A stretch of DNA of 64,000 nucleotides, from positions 29,590 through 93,589 of the IMG/VR virus record IMGVR_UViG_3300010396_000045, one strand, 5' to 3'. The notes under the pieces were generated by a model that ran no database searches, was not told where the DNA came from, and was given only the letters and a program-made list of their open reading frames with translations. Numbering within the stretch: the stretch's first letter is position 1; every line of letters starts with the position of its first letter. The stretch comes from a virus. Position numbers and translations under genes: made by a program. Positions 1 to 8,870 of the stretch are shown here, in pieces.

Positions 1-1
1 C

Positions 2-1432
2 CGCAGCTAAGTGACAAACGGCGCTGTCGATCGTAATCACGAGGTCCAGTTGCTCAATGACAGCCGCCGTATCAAGGATGTCGTAGTCCTCCCCGATAGG
101 CTGCATAATCCTCTCATCATCGACCCGATGATTCGACTGTTGCAGCGAGACAAACTGGAAGCGGTCGGAAAGCGCCAACAGCGGCTCCAGGAGAGGGAAG
201 GGGACGCTTCGCCGCCTATCAATGGCGTAGGCCATCAGATGGTCCGGACGGCTTGCTCCGGCCCATACAAGCCCCATACGCAGCCTTCCGTCTCGCGCAC
301 CGATAGACCGCTCTTGAACAAGAGCATCCGGAGCAGGCAGAAAATACCGCTGGTTCGGGATATTGTCCGTCCGCTGGTCAAGGATCGCGGGTGCATCCAG
401 CATCGGCAGAACGACGTCGCACCGCATGACGTGCTCTTTTTCCGACTCCATATGTCGGCCTGCAATGACATCGTAGTCGCCGTCCATAATAAGCCGCCGC
501 GCCATGCGCTCCATCGAGCGCGGCACGCCGATAGTCAGCTTGGAGACGTATTTCCGCAGGATAGGCGCATACCGAATGAACTGGATGCAGTCGCCCAAAC
601 CCTGCTCATGGATCAGAACCAGATGCTTATCGCGTAGCTCGTCCAACGTCTGGGCAACCGGCAGGCCCAGGTCGGCGATCTTGGACTCAGCCTTGCTCTG
701 GACAGTGTCGCGTAGCCGATACATATGCCACGCCTCGGGCCAGTTGCCGTTGCCCAGGAGGATGAAGGACTTGTTGTAGAGCGTCCCCTTCCGTTGTGGA
801 TCGCGGACCTTGTGCTCCAGCATCCACAGCGCCTCGTCGCGCCGGCCTAGCTCCATCAGGACGGTAGCGTGGTTGTTGACCACATCCTCGTACCATCCGC
901 CGTTGGCGAACTCTTCCACATGCTCGTAGCATGCCAGCGCCTCGTCATACCGCCCTAGCATATGCAGCGCGAAGCCTTTGCTCATCTCGGCGTGCAAGAA
1001 CTCCGGATGCTTCTCCAGGCACTCGTCGAACGCCCGAACCCCGTCTTCATACGCAAGCGTGTGGCAGAGGTTGATACCGCGCTGGTACAGAAGCTCACGG
1101 TTGTCGGGGAACGCCTCCAGCCCATTGACGACGAACGCCATCGAGTGGACGTACATCTTCTCGTCGCAGTAGGTCTTGGCGCAGTTGATAAACCACTCGA
1201 CCCGAGGCTTCGTCAGCGACAACGACGCGCAGGCAAAGTCATATCCCTGGTCGTAGTTTTTCAGCTTAGGTAGCGCAATGCCGCAAATGTGGATCGCATC
1301 GAACGCCAGGCTGTCCTGGAGAATACGAGCGCCTAGCTCAGCCGCCTTGTGGTAGTCCTCCCGCCCGTAGGCGTCGAACATCTCCTCCCGGCGCTTGAGG
1401 AAGTCCGGATGGACGTCAAAGTCGATACCCAT
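2..1432 (-). CDS. TPR-repeat + GT-B (GT9-like) glycosyltransferase, runs off window start
   Basis: Not in ORF track (no stop in window). Manual translation from ATG 1432 (TGATG overlap): MGIDFDVHPDFLKRR..., TPR-like helices (ALHMLGRYDEALACYE), HEQGLGDCIQFIRYA, GLVWAG, DLVITIDSAVCHLAA. Confidence 0.85.
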   Translation of the reverse strand, partial: MGIDFDVHPDFLKRREEMFDAYGREDYHKAAELGARILQDSLAFDAIHICGIALPKLKNYDQGYDFACASLSLTKPRVEWFINCAKTYCDEKMYVHSMAFVVNGLEAFPDNRELLYQRGINLCHTLAYEDGVRAFDECLEKHPEFLHAEMSKGFALHMLGRYDEALACYEHVEEFANGGWYEDVVNNHATVLMELGRRDEALWMLEHKVRDPQRKGTLYNKSFILLGNGNWPEAWHMYRLRDTVQSKAESKIADLGLPVAQTLDELRDKHLVLIHEQGLGDCIQFIRYAPILRKYVSKLTIGVPRSMERMARRLIMDGDYDVIAGRHMESEKEHVMRCDVVLPMLDAPAILDQRTDNIPNQRYFLPAPDALVQERSIGARDGRLRMGLVWAGASRPDHLMAYAIDRRRSVPFPLLEPLLALSDRFQFVSLQQSNHRVDDERIMQPIGEDYDILDTAAVIEQLDLVITIDSAVCHLAA

Positions 1433-2847
1433 CAGTAAACCTCCGGCACCGCAAGAAAGTCGTTGCCGAAGTCTCGGATCAAGTATCCCAGGCTTATTAG
1501 CTTCTGCTGGAGGATAGGCTTATCGACCTTGCCGTATTCGATGAGCATCATCGGACGGTGCAGGCCGATCGTCTTGGCCGCGCCGTCCAGGACTTGCATT
1601 TCCATCCCCTCAACGTCGACCTTGATTAAATCGACGCGGCGGAAGGTCCACATATCCAAGGGGACAAGGGAAACGCGCTCAACCTTGTCCGGATCGTTCC
1701 CGCGCTCCTGGCTCAGCGGCTCACGCTGCCTCTCCCCAAACTCGATAGAGCCGAAGCTACATGGCTTGGTGTAGTCGAACTGCGGAACATCGATCGTGCC
1801 GTGGTGGTCACCGACTGCCGCATGGATGCAGTAGACGTTGGTCCAGCCGTTCAGCGCTACGGACCCAGCCAGCATGTTGAATATCAACCGCTGTGGCTCG
1901 AACGCATAAACCGCGCTGCAATAGGGCCGGAGGGCGAAGGAAAACGTCCCGACGTTCGCGCCGATATCGACGAAGACCGCTCCCGGTCGCTTTTCGATCA
2001 GCGAGATAAGGTAGTCGATCTCATACCACTGCTGGGCAATCCCTCCAGAGCGCAGAGGCGGCGTCTGGTTCGTATCGCAGGACGGCAGGATCATGTCGCC
2101 ATAGCGGGTCCGCGCGACCTCAGAGACGAGGTTCTCCGGGGGCGGCTCCTCAGGCTTAGCCTCAGGCTCTACATTGCCTACCGCGACCGTCGCCCGCACC
2201 GAGAACGGCTGACGGTTCATGAGATTGATCGAGAAGCGCCGCCGCCCGCCTGGCACAAAGCCATGCATCACGGCGTAGTTGGACCGCGTGAACTCCCCCA
2301 GTTCCTTTTCTAAGTCCGGAGGAAGGATCGCAATGACGTCGTGCGCTATATCGCAGATCCGACCAGCCTCGCGCGCCATAGCCTTGATCCGGCTGATTTC
2401 CGGATAGGCCTTCGGATCGTGTGGCTGCGGAGGAATAAAGCACGTCGCGTCGTCGATCAGGATGGCGTGCCGATGCGGAGAGCAGAGGATCAGCATCAGC
2501 TCTTCAATAATCGGGCAGTCGTCCGGCCCGTTGCCGAACAGCCCAGCCGCGTTATGCGCGTCCAGCCAGAACAGCGCAGGCCCATCGAGACGAGCAACAA
2601 CGCGAGGCAAGATGGTCCGTGAGTCGCCCAGCCTGTAGGTGATGTTCTCCAGACCGTCGCAGCGGTTCATGGCCTTCTGGAGAAAGTCCTCGTCGATATC
2701 GAGGGTATCGACCTCCTCGAAGTGCAACGCAGCCCATTGGGTAGACTCACCCTGATAGGTGCCTGTCTCGACAAGGCGCTTAATTCCGATACGGTCGCGC
2801 AGCTTTAGCGCGAACTCCGCAATCGGCGGATCGCTCAAGTGTCCCAT
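1432..2847 (-). CDS. Two-domain SAM-dependent methyltransferase (N-terminal class I MTase + C-terminal FkbM family)
   Basis: VETGTYQGES..FWLDAH in N-half; VDIGANVG, YAFEP, IKVDVEGME in C-half. Confidence 0.85.
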   Translation of the reverse strand: MGHLSDPPIAEFALKLRDRIGIKRLVETGTYQGESTQWAALHFEEVDTLDIDEDFLQKAMNRCDGLENITYRLGDSRTILPRVVARLDGPALFWLDAHNAAGLFGNGPDDCPIIEELMLILCSPHRHAILIDDATCFIPPQPHDPKAYPEISRIKAMAREAGRICDIAHDVIAILPPDLEKELGEFTRSNYAVMHGFVPGGRRRFSINLMNRQPFSVRATVAVGNVEPEAKPEEPPPENLVSEVARTRYGDMILPSCDTNQTPPLRSGGIAQQWYEIDYLISLIEKRPGAVFVDIGANVGTFSFALRPYCSAVYAFEPQRLIFNMLAGSVALNGWTNVYCIHAAVGDHHGTIDVPQFDYTKPCSFGSIEFGERQREPLSQERGNDPDKVERVSLVPLDMWTFRRVDLIKVDVEGMEMQVLDGAAKTIGLHRPMMLIEYGKVDKPILQQKLISLGYLIRDFGNDFLAVPEVY

Positions 2848-2975
2848 GATGATTAGTTTCCCAGCTAATCCCAGCAGTACATGCGCAACGCCCCTCTGGC
2901 CGCTGGGAGAGCCAGAGGGGACGCGCTAACCAGAGGGGCGGAGGTGCCGGGGTGGGCACACCTCTGGTAGCTCAG

Positions 2976-3497
2976 TTAGCCTTGGTTCTGTTGGTTCTGC
3001 TGTTCCTGCCGCTCGCGCTCGAGACGCTCGTTCTCCTCGCGCTGCCGACGAGCTTCCTCAGTCTCCTGCGCGTGCTCGCCTTCCGCTGCGGGCGCGTCAT
3101 GGACAACCTCAGGGTTCGGAGCGTTGTCAGCCGCCGCAAAGCGCGGGTCTTCGTCCACGCCCTCGTTCATCGCACGCTCCAGCCGCTCCTTGTCGGTCGG
3201 CGGACGGTTCGCAGCCCAGGAGGCGTTCATCTGCGGGTTGGCGTAGACGGGCTGGTTAGCGTCTACGGCCTGCTTCAGGCCTTCCCCGGGCATCACAGGC
3301 ATCTGTGGGCCTGCAATGGCAGGGTCGGGAGTGAACGGCGTCTCGGGCATCGCAGCCGCTGCTGAGCCGTGTAGGACCTGGGGATGGCCCTCTGGCTGCG
3401 TGCCGGGGATGATGGTCCCGTCCGCATTGCGCAGGCCATGGGGATGCCCAGGCGAGTTCGGCGCTGCCGGCGCCGGACGGTCGGCTTCGTCGGTCAT
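2976..3497 (-). CDS. Hypothetical low-complexity Pro/Ala/Glu/Gln-rich protein
   Basis: 173-aa ORF with AAGGAG RBS, co-oriented with neighbours. Confidence 0.6.
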   Translation of the reverse strand: MTDEADRPAPAAPNSPGHPHGLRNADGTIIPGTQPEGHPQVLHGSAAAAMPETPFTPDPAIAGPQMPVMPGEGLKQAVDANQPVYANPQMNASWAANRPPTDKERLERAMNEGVDEDPRFAAADNAPNPEVVHDAPAAEGEHAQETEEARRQREENERLERERQEQQNQQNQG

Positions 3498-3591
3498 GTT
3501 TTCTAGAACTCCTTGCGTCGAAATGACCTCGCCACGACAGCGGCTATCGACGCGCTAGCGCCGCTGTAGGGATGGAAAATAAATCGAGGAA

Positions 3592-3608
3592 CTATGCATT
3601 TTGCACTG
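3592..3608. promoter_or_regulatory. 17-bp operator copy CTATGCA-TTT-TGCACTG
   Basis: Matches palindromic consensus; intergenic, abuts -35 of rightward promoter. Confidence 0.65.
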
Positions 3609-3635
3609 GACAATCAGCGCGGAACGTCGCATATT
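3607..3635 (+). promoter_or_regulatory. Putative sigma70-type promoter
   Basis: TGGACA-N17-CATATT upstream of plus-strand small-gene cluster. Confidence 0.45.
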
Positions 3636-3659
3636 GCGACATAGAGAGGGAGAGGCGAG

Positions 3660-3938
3660 ATGGCTAAGTTCCTGTTCTTCGCAGACCTACCGAACGGCGA
3701 GATGGCCATGACAGTTGATCGTGCTGACTATGACATGGGCGACGGCAAAATGCCGCGCATCTGGACCGAAGCTACTGGATGGGTCCGCTGCACTCGCGTA
3801 GTCCAGAGGAAGTCCAATCCCTCTATGCATAAGTGCGATACTCGCTGCATGTTCGCGCAAGGGCGCACTATGAACTGCGAATGCGCCTGCGGCGGAAAGA
3901 ACCATGGTAAAGGCAATATCGTATGCGAGGCGGCATGA
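3660..3938 (+). CDS. Small Cys-rich (Zn-binding) phage protein
   Basis: CDTRC..CECACGGKNHG motif; strong RBS. Confidence 0.7.
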   Translation: MAKFLFFADLPNGEMAMTVDRADYDMGDGKMPRIWTEATGWVRCTRVVQRKSNPSMHKCDTRCMFAQGRTMNCECACGGKNHGKGNIVCEAA

Positions 3939-4062
3939 TGCGCCGCCGCATGCACTATCCACTTCGCGTCATGCTGATGATGCGAACAGTCTTCCGCCAG
4001 AGACTAAGACTACTACCGTTGCGTCTTGTTCTATTGACGAGATTGGATGAGAGAAAGCGCAA

Positions 4063-4272
4063 GTGACGGGAGCCGAGCTAGTAGCCGCCCTAGACACGAT
4101 AGGGTGGTCTAACCGTAAGCTGGCAAAGCGTCTGAGATGCGACGAAATCCGCATTCGTAGATGGATACAGGACGTATCACAGGTCCCTCCGAGCGTCGCT
4201 AAGTGGCTCTCTACGCTAGCCGCATTCCACGAACGCCACCCGGCTCCTACAGATTGGAGAGTGAGGAAATGA
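4063..4272 (+). CDS. Small HTH (XRE-like) DNA-binding protein
   Basis: ELVAALDTIGWSNRKLAKRLRCDEIRIRRW pattern. Confidence 0.7.
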   Translation: MTGAELVAALDTIGWSNRKLAKRLRCDEIRIRRWIQDVSQVPPSVAKWLSTLAAFHERHPAPTDWRVRK

Positions 4273-4481
4273 CGATACACACAGATGCGTTGATGCCGTA
4301 TCTGCATGGAACAGTGGTTTTCCTTCTTGTTCTGCTGTTCAGCGGGATTTGTGCCCCACCGATCCTCGATGCATTCACGAGAGGAAGGCTGGTCACCGGA
4401 GGTGTCTTTAGCCTGATTTACGGCGGGGGCGTCTTCCTCATCGCCGGCGTTTCGACCGGCTACGTGCAGTTCGCGCACTGA
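4269..4481 (+). CDS. Small two-TM membrane protein
   Basis: ATGA overlap with previous stop, GAGG RBS, hydrophobic segments. Confidence 0.6.
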   Translation: MTIHTDALMPYLHGTVVFLLVLLFSGICAPPILDAFTRGRLVTGGVFSLIYGGGVFLIAGVSTGYVQFAH

Positions 4482-4498
4482 GGAGTGAGGAAAATAGG

Positions 4499-4699
4499 AT
4501 GCTCAGTAACAAAGACGATATGACGCTGATCCAGGAACTTATCGAGGCCGATCTCCGGACGCGGTTTGCCATGCGGATACGATGCCGCGCGCAGGGACAC
4601 GACTATGAAAAACATGGCAGCATGTCCGCAGAGGGGACGCTTACTCGCGTCGATCTGGTCTGCAAGTGGTGCGGCGAAAATAAACTAAACGCGGAGTGA
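4499..4699 (+). CDS. Hypothetical protein (DUF1660-like C..GH..CxxC)
   Basis: CRAQGHDY..CKWCG. Confidence 0.55.
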   Translation: MLSNKDDMTLIQELIEADLRTRFAMRIRCRAQGHDYEKHGSMSAEGTLTRVDLVCKWCGENKLNAE

Positions 4700-4703
4700 G
4701 GAA

Positions 4704-4988
4704 ATGAAACGCACCCTGCTAGCCTCATGCGTCCTGCTAAGCGGATGCTACGTCGATCCCAACACCGGACTCGTCTACTCAACGCCGCAGTACCAATACC
4801 AGTCGGTCGCCGTCTATCACTACCAAGTCCCGCCACCCAATCCATACTACCAGGCGCGGCAGGACCAGCCCTACTATCAGGAATGGCGACAGTCCGCCGA
4901 GGAGCAATACAACCAGTGCGTCGCTAGGGACCAGGAGCGCCGAATGTATCAGCAACCGCTAGAGGACTGCGGAGGGTATTTCCGATGA
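4704..4988 (+). CDS. Putative lipoprotein
   Basis: MKR + hydrophobic stretch + lipobox LSGC. Confidence 0.7.
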   Translation: MKRTLLASCVLLSGCYVDPNTGLVYSTPQYQYQSVAVYHYQVPPPNPYYQARQDQPYYQEWRQSAEEQYNQCVARDQERRMYQQPLEDCGGYFR

Positions 4989-5239
4989 CGGACAGTAATG
5001 ACCAGTCCAAACATCGCTGGTGGGATAGTGAAAGGCAAGAGTGGGCATATCCGGAAGACGACAAAGCCCGCCTGGACCTCTACTTCTGGCAACGAACGAG
5101 TGACCTGGAGCGCGAGAAGTCGCACCTGCTAGAAGTGATCGCCTCGGCCCACGAAGTAATACGCCATGACAATGACCTCGCCAGCGCAGAGACAATGCTG
5201 CGAGAATGCCTTGAGAAATTCGGCATTACTCCACGCTAG
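4985..5239 (+). CDS. Hypothetical protein
   Basis: ATGA-coupled ORF with GGAGG RBS. Confidence 0.55.
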   Translation: MTDSNDQSKHRWWDSERQEWAYPEDDKARLDLYFWQRTSDLEREKSHLLEVIASAHEVIRHDNDLASAETMLRECLEKFGITPR

Positions 5240-5256
5240 GTTTGCATCTCGCATAG
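5240..5256. promoter_or_regulatory. 17-bp operator copy GTTTGCA-TCT-CGCATAG
   Basis: Degenerate consensus match, intergenic. Confidence 0.5.
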
Positions 5257-5289
5257 CCATGAGGTATCCATCCCGCGCGGAGGAAACCC

Positions 5290-5526
5290 ATGGCAAAGCT
5301 GCTGGAGGAGACGAAAGTCGTCCTCATCGTAGGCGCTCCGGCGCTGCTCGCATCGCTCGGCGTAATTCTGCTCCTGAAGGCCACATGCGGGTTACTGTGG
5401 AACTCTAGCTGCCAAGTCCGAATGGTAGGCGTCCATCACCTCGACGAGCCTATCCAGATAGCCCGGACGCATGTGCCACCAGAGCTTATCACGCCGGTAG
5501 TGCTCGGGACGTACAGAGGACCCTAG
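5290..5526 (+). CDS. Small membrane protein
   Basis: GGAGG RBS, N-terminal TM segment. Confidence 0.5.
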   Translation: MAKLLEETKVVLIVGAPALLASLGVILLLKATCGLLWNSSCQVRMVGVHHLDEPIQIARTHVPPELITPVVLGTYRGP

Positions 5527-5744
5527 GCGAACAGCCTATCCCATTTCTCCCTGTCCCGCTTCCACGTCGCGCGTAGGTTCGCGATCTCGGCCTCATTCGT
5601 ATGCCCCGAGCACGAGAGCCCAGTGTTCCCGGTCTCTAGCTTCATGTCCGGATGGCCGTAGGCGACCAGCTCTACGCGAGCGCGACCGCACTTTACGCAA
5701 AAGCCGTTCTCGAACTCGTGGTCCATTATTGTTTCGCGCGGCAT
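5523..5744 (-). CDS. Hypothetical protein
   Basis: ORF track; CxxC motif. Confidence 0.45.
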   Translation of the reverse strand: MPRETIMDHEFENGFCVKCGRARVELVAYGHPDMKLETGNTGLSCSGHTNEAEIANLRATWKRDREKWDRLFA

Positions 5745-5749
5745 TGTCG

Positions 5750-5780
5750 CTTTGCAATTTGCATAGAGGGAGGGTATAAA
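5750..5780 (+). promoter_or_regulatory. Operator CTTTGCA-ATT-TGCATAG (5750-5766) overlapping promoter TTGCAA-N17-TATAAA
   Basis: Direct sequence; upstream of HNH gene. Confidence 0.65.
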
Positions 5781-5848
5781 ACGGGAACAGCGCGTCGGAT
5801 CAGGACACGCTGCCCCTGACCATTACGACTAGAAAGGACAAGAGCCGA

Positions 5849-6619
5849 ATGGCTGAGAAGACTATAGCACGCCCAATGCGTGGAGATAGATGCGCCCGCA
5901 ATCCGCTGCGGGACCTTTATCCGGTAGAATACCAAGCCTGGGTGCAGCTTAGACAGAGATGCTACAATCCAGATAACGAAAGCTACTCGAATTATGGCGC
6001 AAGAGGCATCCGCGTCGAGGCTATATGGGATACCTTCGAGGGCTTTATGGCCACCATGGGGCCTAAGCCATCCCCAGACCTTAGCGTCGAGCGGCCAGAC
6101 AATGATGGGAATTACGGCGCTCAATGCTACTGGGGAACCCCAGATGAGCAGAACAACAACAATCGGCACAATCACCCGATAACCTATGACGGACGAACAC
6201 AGAACCTAGAGCAATGGTCTCAGGAAATCGGGCTTGACCATACGGCGCTTCTGAAGCGGCTTAGACTGAAGTGGACTATAGGTCAGGCGCTAGGGTTCGA
6301 GCCTCCTCCATTCAATCCCAAGGCCCACAATGGGACTACCGTGTCCGAAAAGTTGGCTTGTGGCGTCAACCGGACGACTTACCAAATGCGAATCGCTTCG
6401 GGATGGACCGACGAAGCCGCGAGGCAGAATGTCGATGGGCGCAAGCACAAGCAGAACAAGCATCCGAAGTATATCTACGTCAGCCATCCGGCTCTTGGCG
6501 AAGGAGAGTTCACCATTCAGCAGGCCGCTTTGATCGTAGGAAAGAAACCCAACACGGTGACTGTAGCAATAACCCGCAGAGGGAAGACGCCTCTGCAAGC
6601 TCTTGGACTGGAGAAGTAG
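5849..6619 (+). CDS. Free-standing HNH-type homing endonuclease with C-terminal DNA-binding modules
   Basis: RQRCYNP..YGARGIRV..SVERPDNDGNY..CYWGTPDEQNNN motif typical of phage HNH HEGs. Confidence 0.8.
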   Translation: MAEKTIARPMRGDRCARNPLRDLYPVEYQAWVQLRQRCYNPDNESYSNYGARGIRVEAIWDTFEGFMATMGPKPSPDLSVERPDNDGNYGAQCYWGTPDEQNNNNRHNHPITYDGRTQNLEQWSQEIGLDHTALLKRLRLKWTIGQALGFEPPPFNPKAHNGTTVSEKLACGVNRTTYQMRIASGWTDEAARQNVDGRKHKQNKHPKYIYVSHPALGEGEFTIQQAALIVGKKPNTVTVAITRRGKTPLQALGLEK

Positions 6620-6646
6620 GGGGCTCCGCTCCCCCCAAACTCATTA

Positions 6647-7586
6647 CTAAGACGCAGTGGTTTGAAGCACAAATGACGTCCAAAAATCTTGACACTGTCT
6701 CGCTAGGACAGCATGCATCCGATAAGAGATGCCTTTCGCTTTCGCCGAAAGTTGAGACTACATCATCACCCCTTTGCGGGGGCCGGGCGCTTCGGAGCCG
6801 CTCGGCTCCTACTCCCTTGCGGGATAGTCGTTGAAGGTTCCGACGATCTGTCGGCTTCCCTGCTGATTGCCCAATCCGACCACTTTTCAAACCGTGACGC
6901 CTGCCATTCCTGGCTTCGCTGTGGTAGGTCGGCTCTAAGGGGATTCGAGCAATTCACCCAGTTATTCAAAGTAGATTGCTCTACTAGGCAACGCGTGCTA
7001 GCAACTGTGCTTCGTTGTCGTTGCTAACGTCCATTGTGACCTGGACTGTCGTCGTGATAGACGTGCTGCCTATGACGATATCGGCGCTCGACGTCCCCAC
7101 GCTAAAGTCAGCGAGCGTGGCATTCTGCCCGCTAGTAGCCGAGTAGTACGACCACTGGCAGGAGTTGTCCGCGACGGCGTTAGAAGTGCCGCTCGGACCA
7201 CCAGAGGCCGCAGCGGTGCCAGCCTTCGTCAGCACGTAGAAATTAGCGCTGTTGCTGACGATGGTAAACAGGTTGGCGTAGGTCGCGTTAGCGGTCCACG
7301 CTGCGCTGTTCAGGGTAGCGCGGGCGAAGGTGACGGTTCCGTTTGCGCCTGGCGTTACGCTTGTGGCGACGAACGAAGCGGTAGCGGCGTCATTCGGGCT
7401 AGAGAAGGCTGGAGCGCCGAAGGCGGTAGCGGAGAAGACGAAGGTTGCGAGGGCGGTGTTGGTGCCCGCAAGCGCCGTCTCCGGGGTGGCTGGCTGGGGG
7501 TTGTTGTACATCACCAACCGGCCGTTGTTGAAAAGTGGGAGGATCTGATTGAGCCCCCACGAAGCGCTGTTCACAGCGAAGTTCAC
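6647..7586 (-). CDS. Virion-associated protein, intron-split (exons 7586-7033 and 6680-6647)
   Basis: Splicing restores ...STSITTTVQVTMTSFVLQTTAS* followed by TAG TAA TGA; AGGAG RBS; Thr/Ser/Ala beta-rich with WTANATY carbohydrate-binding-like insert. Confidence 0.75.
6681..7032 (-). ncRNA. Group I self-splicing intron, ORF-less, IA2-like (352 nt)
   Basis: P AAUUGCUCGAA, Q AAUCAGCAGG, R CUUCAACGACUA, S GAUGAUGUAGUC; P7 GACUA/UAGUC; P3 CUGGGUG/CGCCCGG; P7.1, P7.2, P8, P9 hairpins; 5' exon ends in U pairing with IGS GUUG; terminal G. Confidence 0.9.
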
Positions 7587-7777
7587 GTTAAAAGCTCCTA
7601 GTAAATGAGAGGAAAGGGAGGTCTCTCATCACTCGGCGGCGCACGCACGAAGGGGCGTAGTTGCGGCGCGTCTTTATGCTCCGCGTCGCTTTGTGGGAGG
7701 GGCATAGCGGGCGCGTGAGGCTTGATTGGCCTTAGCGTCGCGACTGCTCTGACCCGTATGTGGAGGAAGCCGAGCAC

Positions 7778-8848
7778 CTAGACGTACTGCCCGCCTGTTG
7801 CCGTTGTGCCTGCTGTAGAGCCTGGGAAGAAGGTGGTCGACTGGCCGCTAGAGATGATGCCGTTTGAGGTCGCACTGTATCTCGGGCCGTTGGCTGTCCC
7901 GCTGAACGTCATCGTATTGTTGGCGCCTACAGCGACTAGGCCTGCGGCTTGGGCTGCTGCGAAGCCGCCGGAGAAGGTCGGAGTGCCTATGATCGTTGCC
8001 ACCGAGCCAGGTTGTCCGGTCTGGATAGAGCCTGCTGCTGCAAGATAGTGGGAGCTAGCGGCGCCGGTTATCGTGTAACTGGAGTTTACGGTTATGTAGC
8101 CCCCGGACTGCGCCCACATATGGAATGAGGCAGCAGTACCGAAGCTCATCGCTCCGTTTATGGTGATCGCTCCGCCGCTGCCCGTTACGATGCAGGGAGC
8201 AGGGGTTATGCCGCCGATGGTTCCGGACGCCGCCAGCGAGAATCCAGAGACCGTGATCGATGCCCCAGACAGAACCTGGATAGGGACCTTGTTGCTCGTG
8301 GTGATGAGACAACTGGCGGGGGTCAGGGTGTTTCCTACGAACGAGACTGTGTTCCCTGCTCCGAGACCGAGAATGACTCCATTGCATGTCATGCCAGTCT
8401 GGTAGGTGCCGTTCGCTACGCTGACGGTGACGTTGAAGCCGTTCAGGTCGAGCTGCGTGACGATATAGTTCCATGCCTTTTGCAGAGTGGCGAACGGAGC
8501 GGATGCTGATAGGCCTGTGTTCGAGTCGCTGCCCGTAGGAGAGACGAACAGGCTCATATTGCCCAGCAGCTTTGTCCGCCAGACGCCCTGCATGGCGGCG
8601 ACGAAGTTCGCCTCTAGGGTAGCTATGGTCCCGTCGTCGAGCGCGTCCTTTCCTGAGAAGTCGCAGATGAACTGCGCTATCATCGAGGAGACTATGCTGG
8701 ACTGACGAAGAACCTTATTGACCTGGTTCGACTGCGCGATGCCGGTCTGGAACCCGGTTGGTAGAGCGGTCATAGCGAGATACTGAGACTGGCTCAGCAC
8801 GTTCGCTCCAGCGGCGCTCGCAAAGCTCTTGAAGTCATTAGTAGCCAA
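7778..8848 (-). CDS. Tail fibre protein
   Basis: N-terminus MATNDFKSFA..GANVLSQ..QVNKVLRQSS typical of myophage fibre anchors; VSPTGSDSNTG and Gly-rich repeats. Confidence 0.85.
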   Translation of the reverse strand: MATNDFKSFASAAGANVLSQSQYLAMTALPTGFQTGIAQSNQVNKVLRQSSIVSSMIAQFICDFSGKDALDDGTIATLEANFVAAMQGVWRTKLLGNMSLFVSPTGSDSNTGLSASAPFATLQKAWNYIVTQLDLNGFNVTVSVANGTYQTGMTCNGVILGLGAGNTVSFVGNTLTPASCLITTSNKVPIQVLSGASITVSGFSLAASGTIGGITPAPCIVTGSGGAITINGAMSFGTAASFHMWAQSGGYITVNSSYTITGAASSHYLAAAGSIQTGQPGSVATIIGTPTFSGGFAAAQAAGLVAVGANNTMTFSGTANGPRYSATSNGIISSGQSTTFFPGSTAGTTATGGQYV

Positions 8849-8870
8849 AGTGAACGCCCCCTAGATAGGG

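Noticed and set aside
11-1273. Plus-strand ORFs in the first 1.3 kb
   Set aside because: Antisense shadows of the minus-strand TPR-glycosyltransferase
6271-7027. Several overlapping ORFs across the intron
   Set aside because: Shadow frames over a structured RNA with no recognisable motifs; the intron has no endonuclease ORF
6984-7032. Track stop at 6984 as the true end of the gene
   Set aside because: It lies inside the group I intron; splicing gives an in-frame second exon
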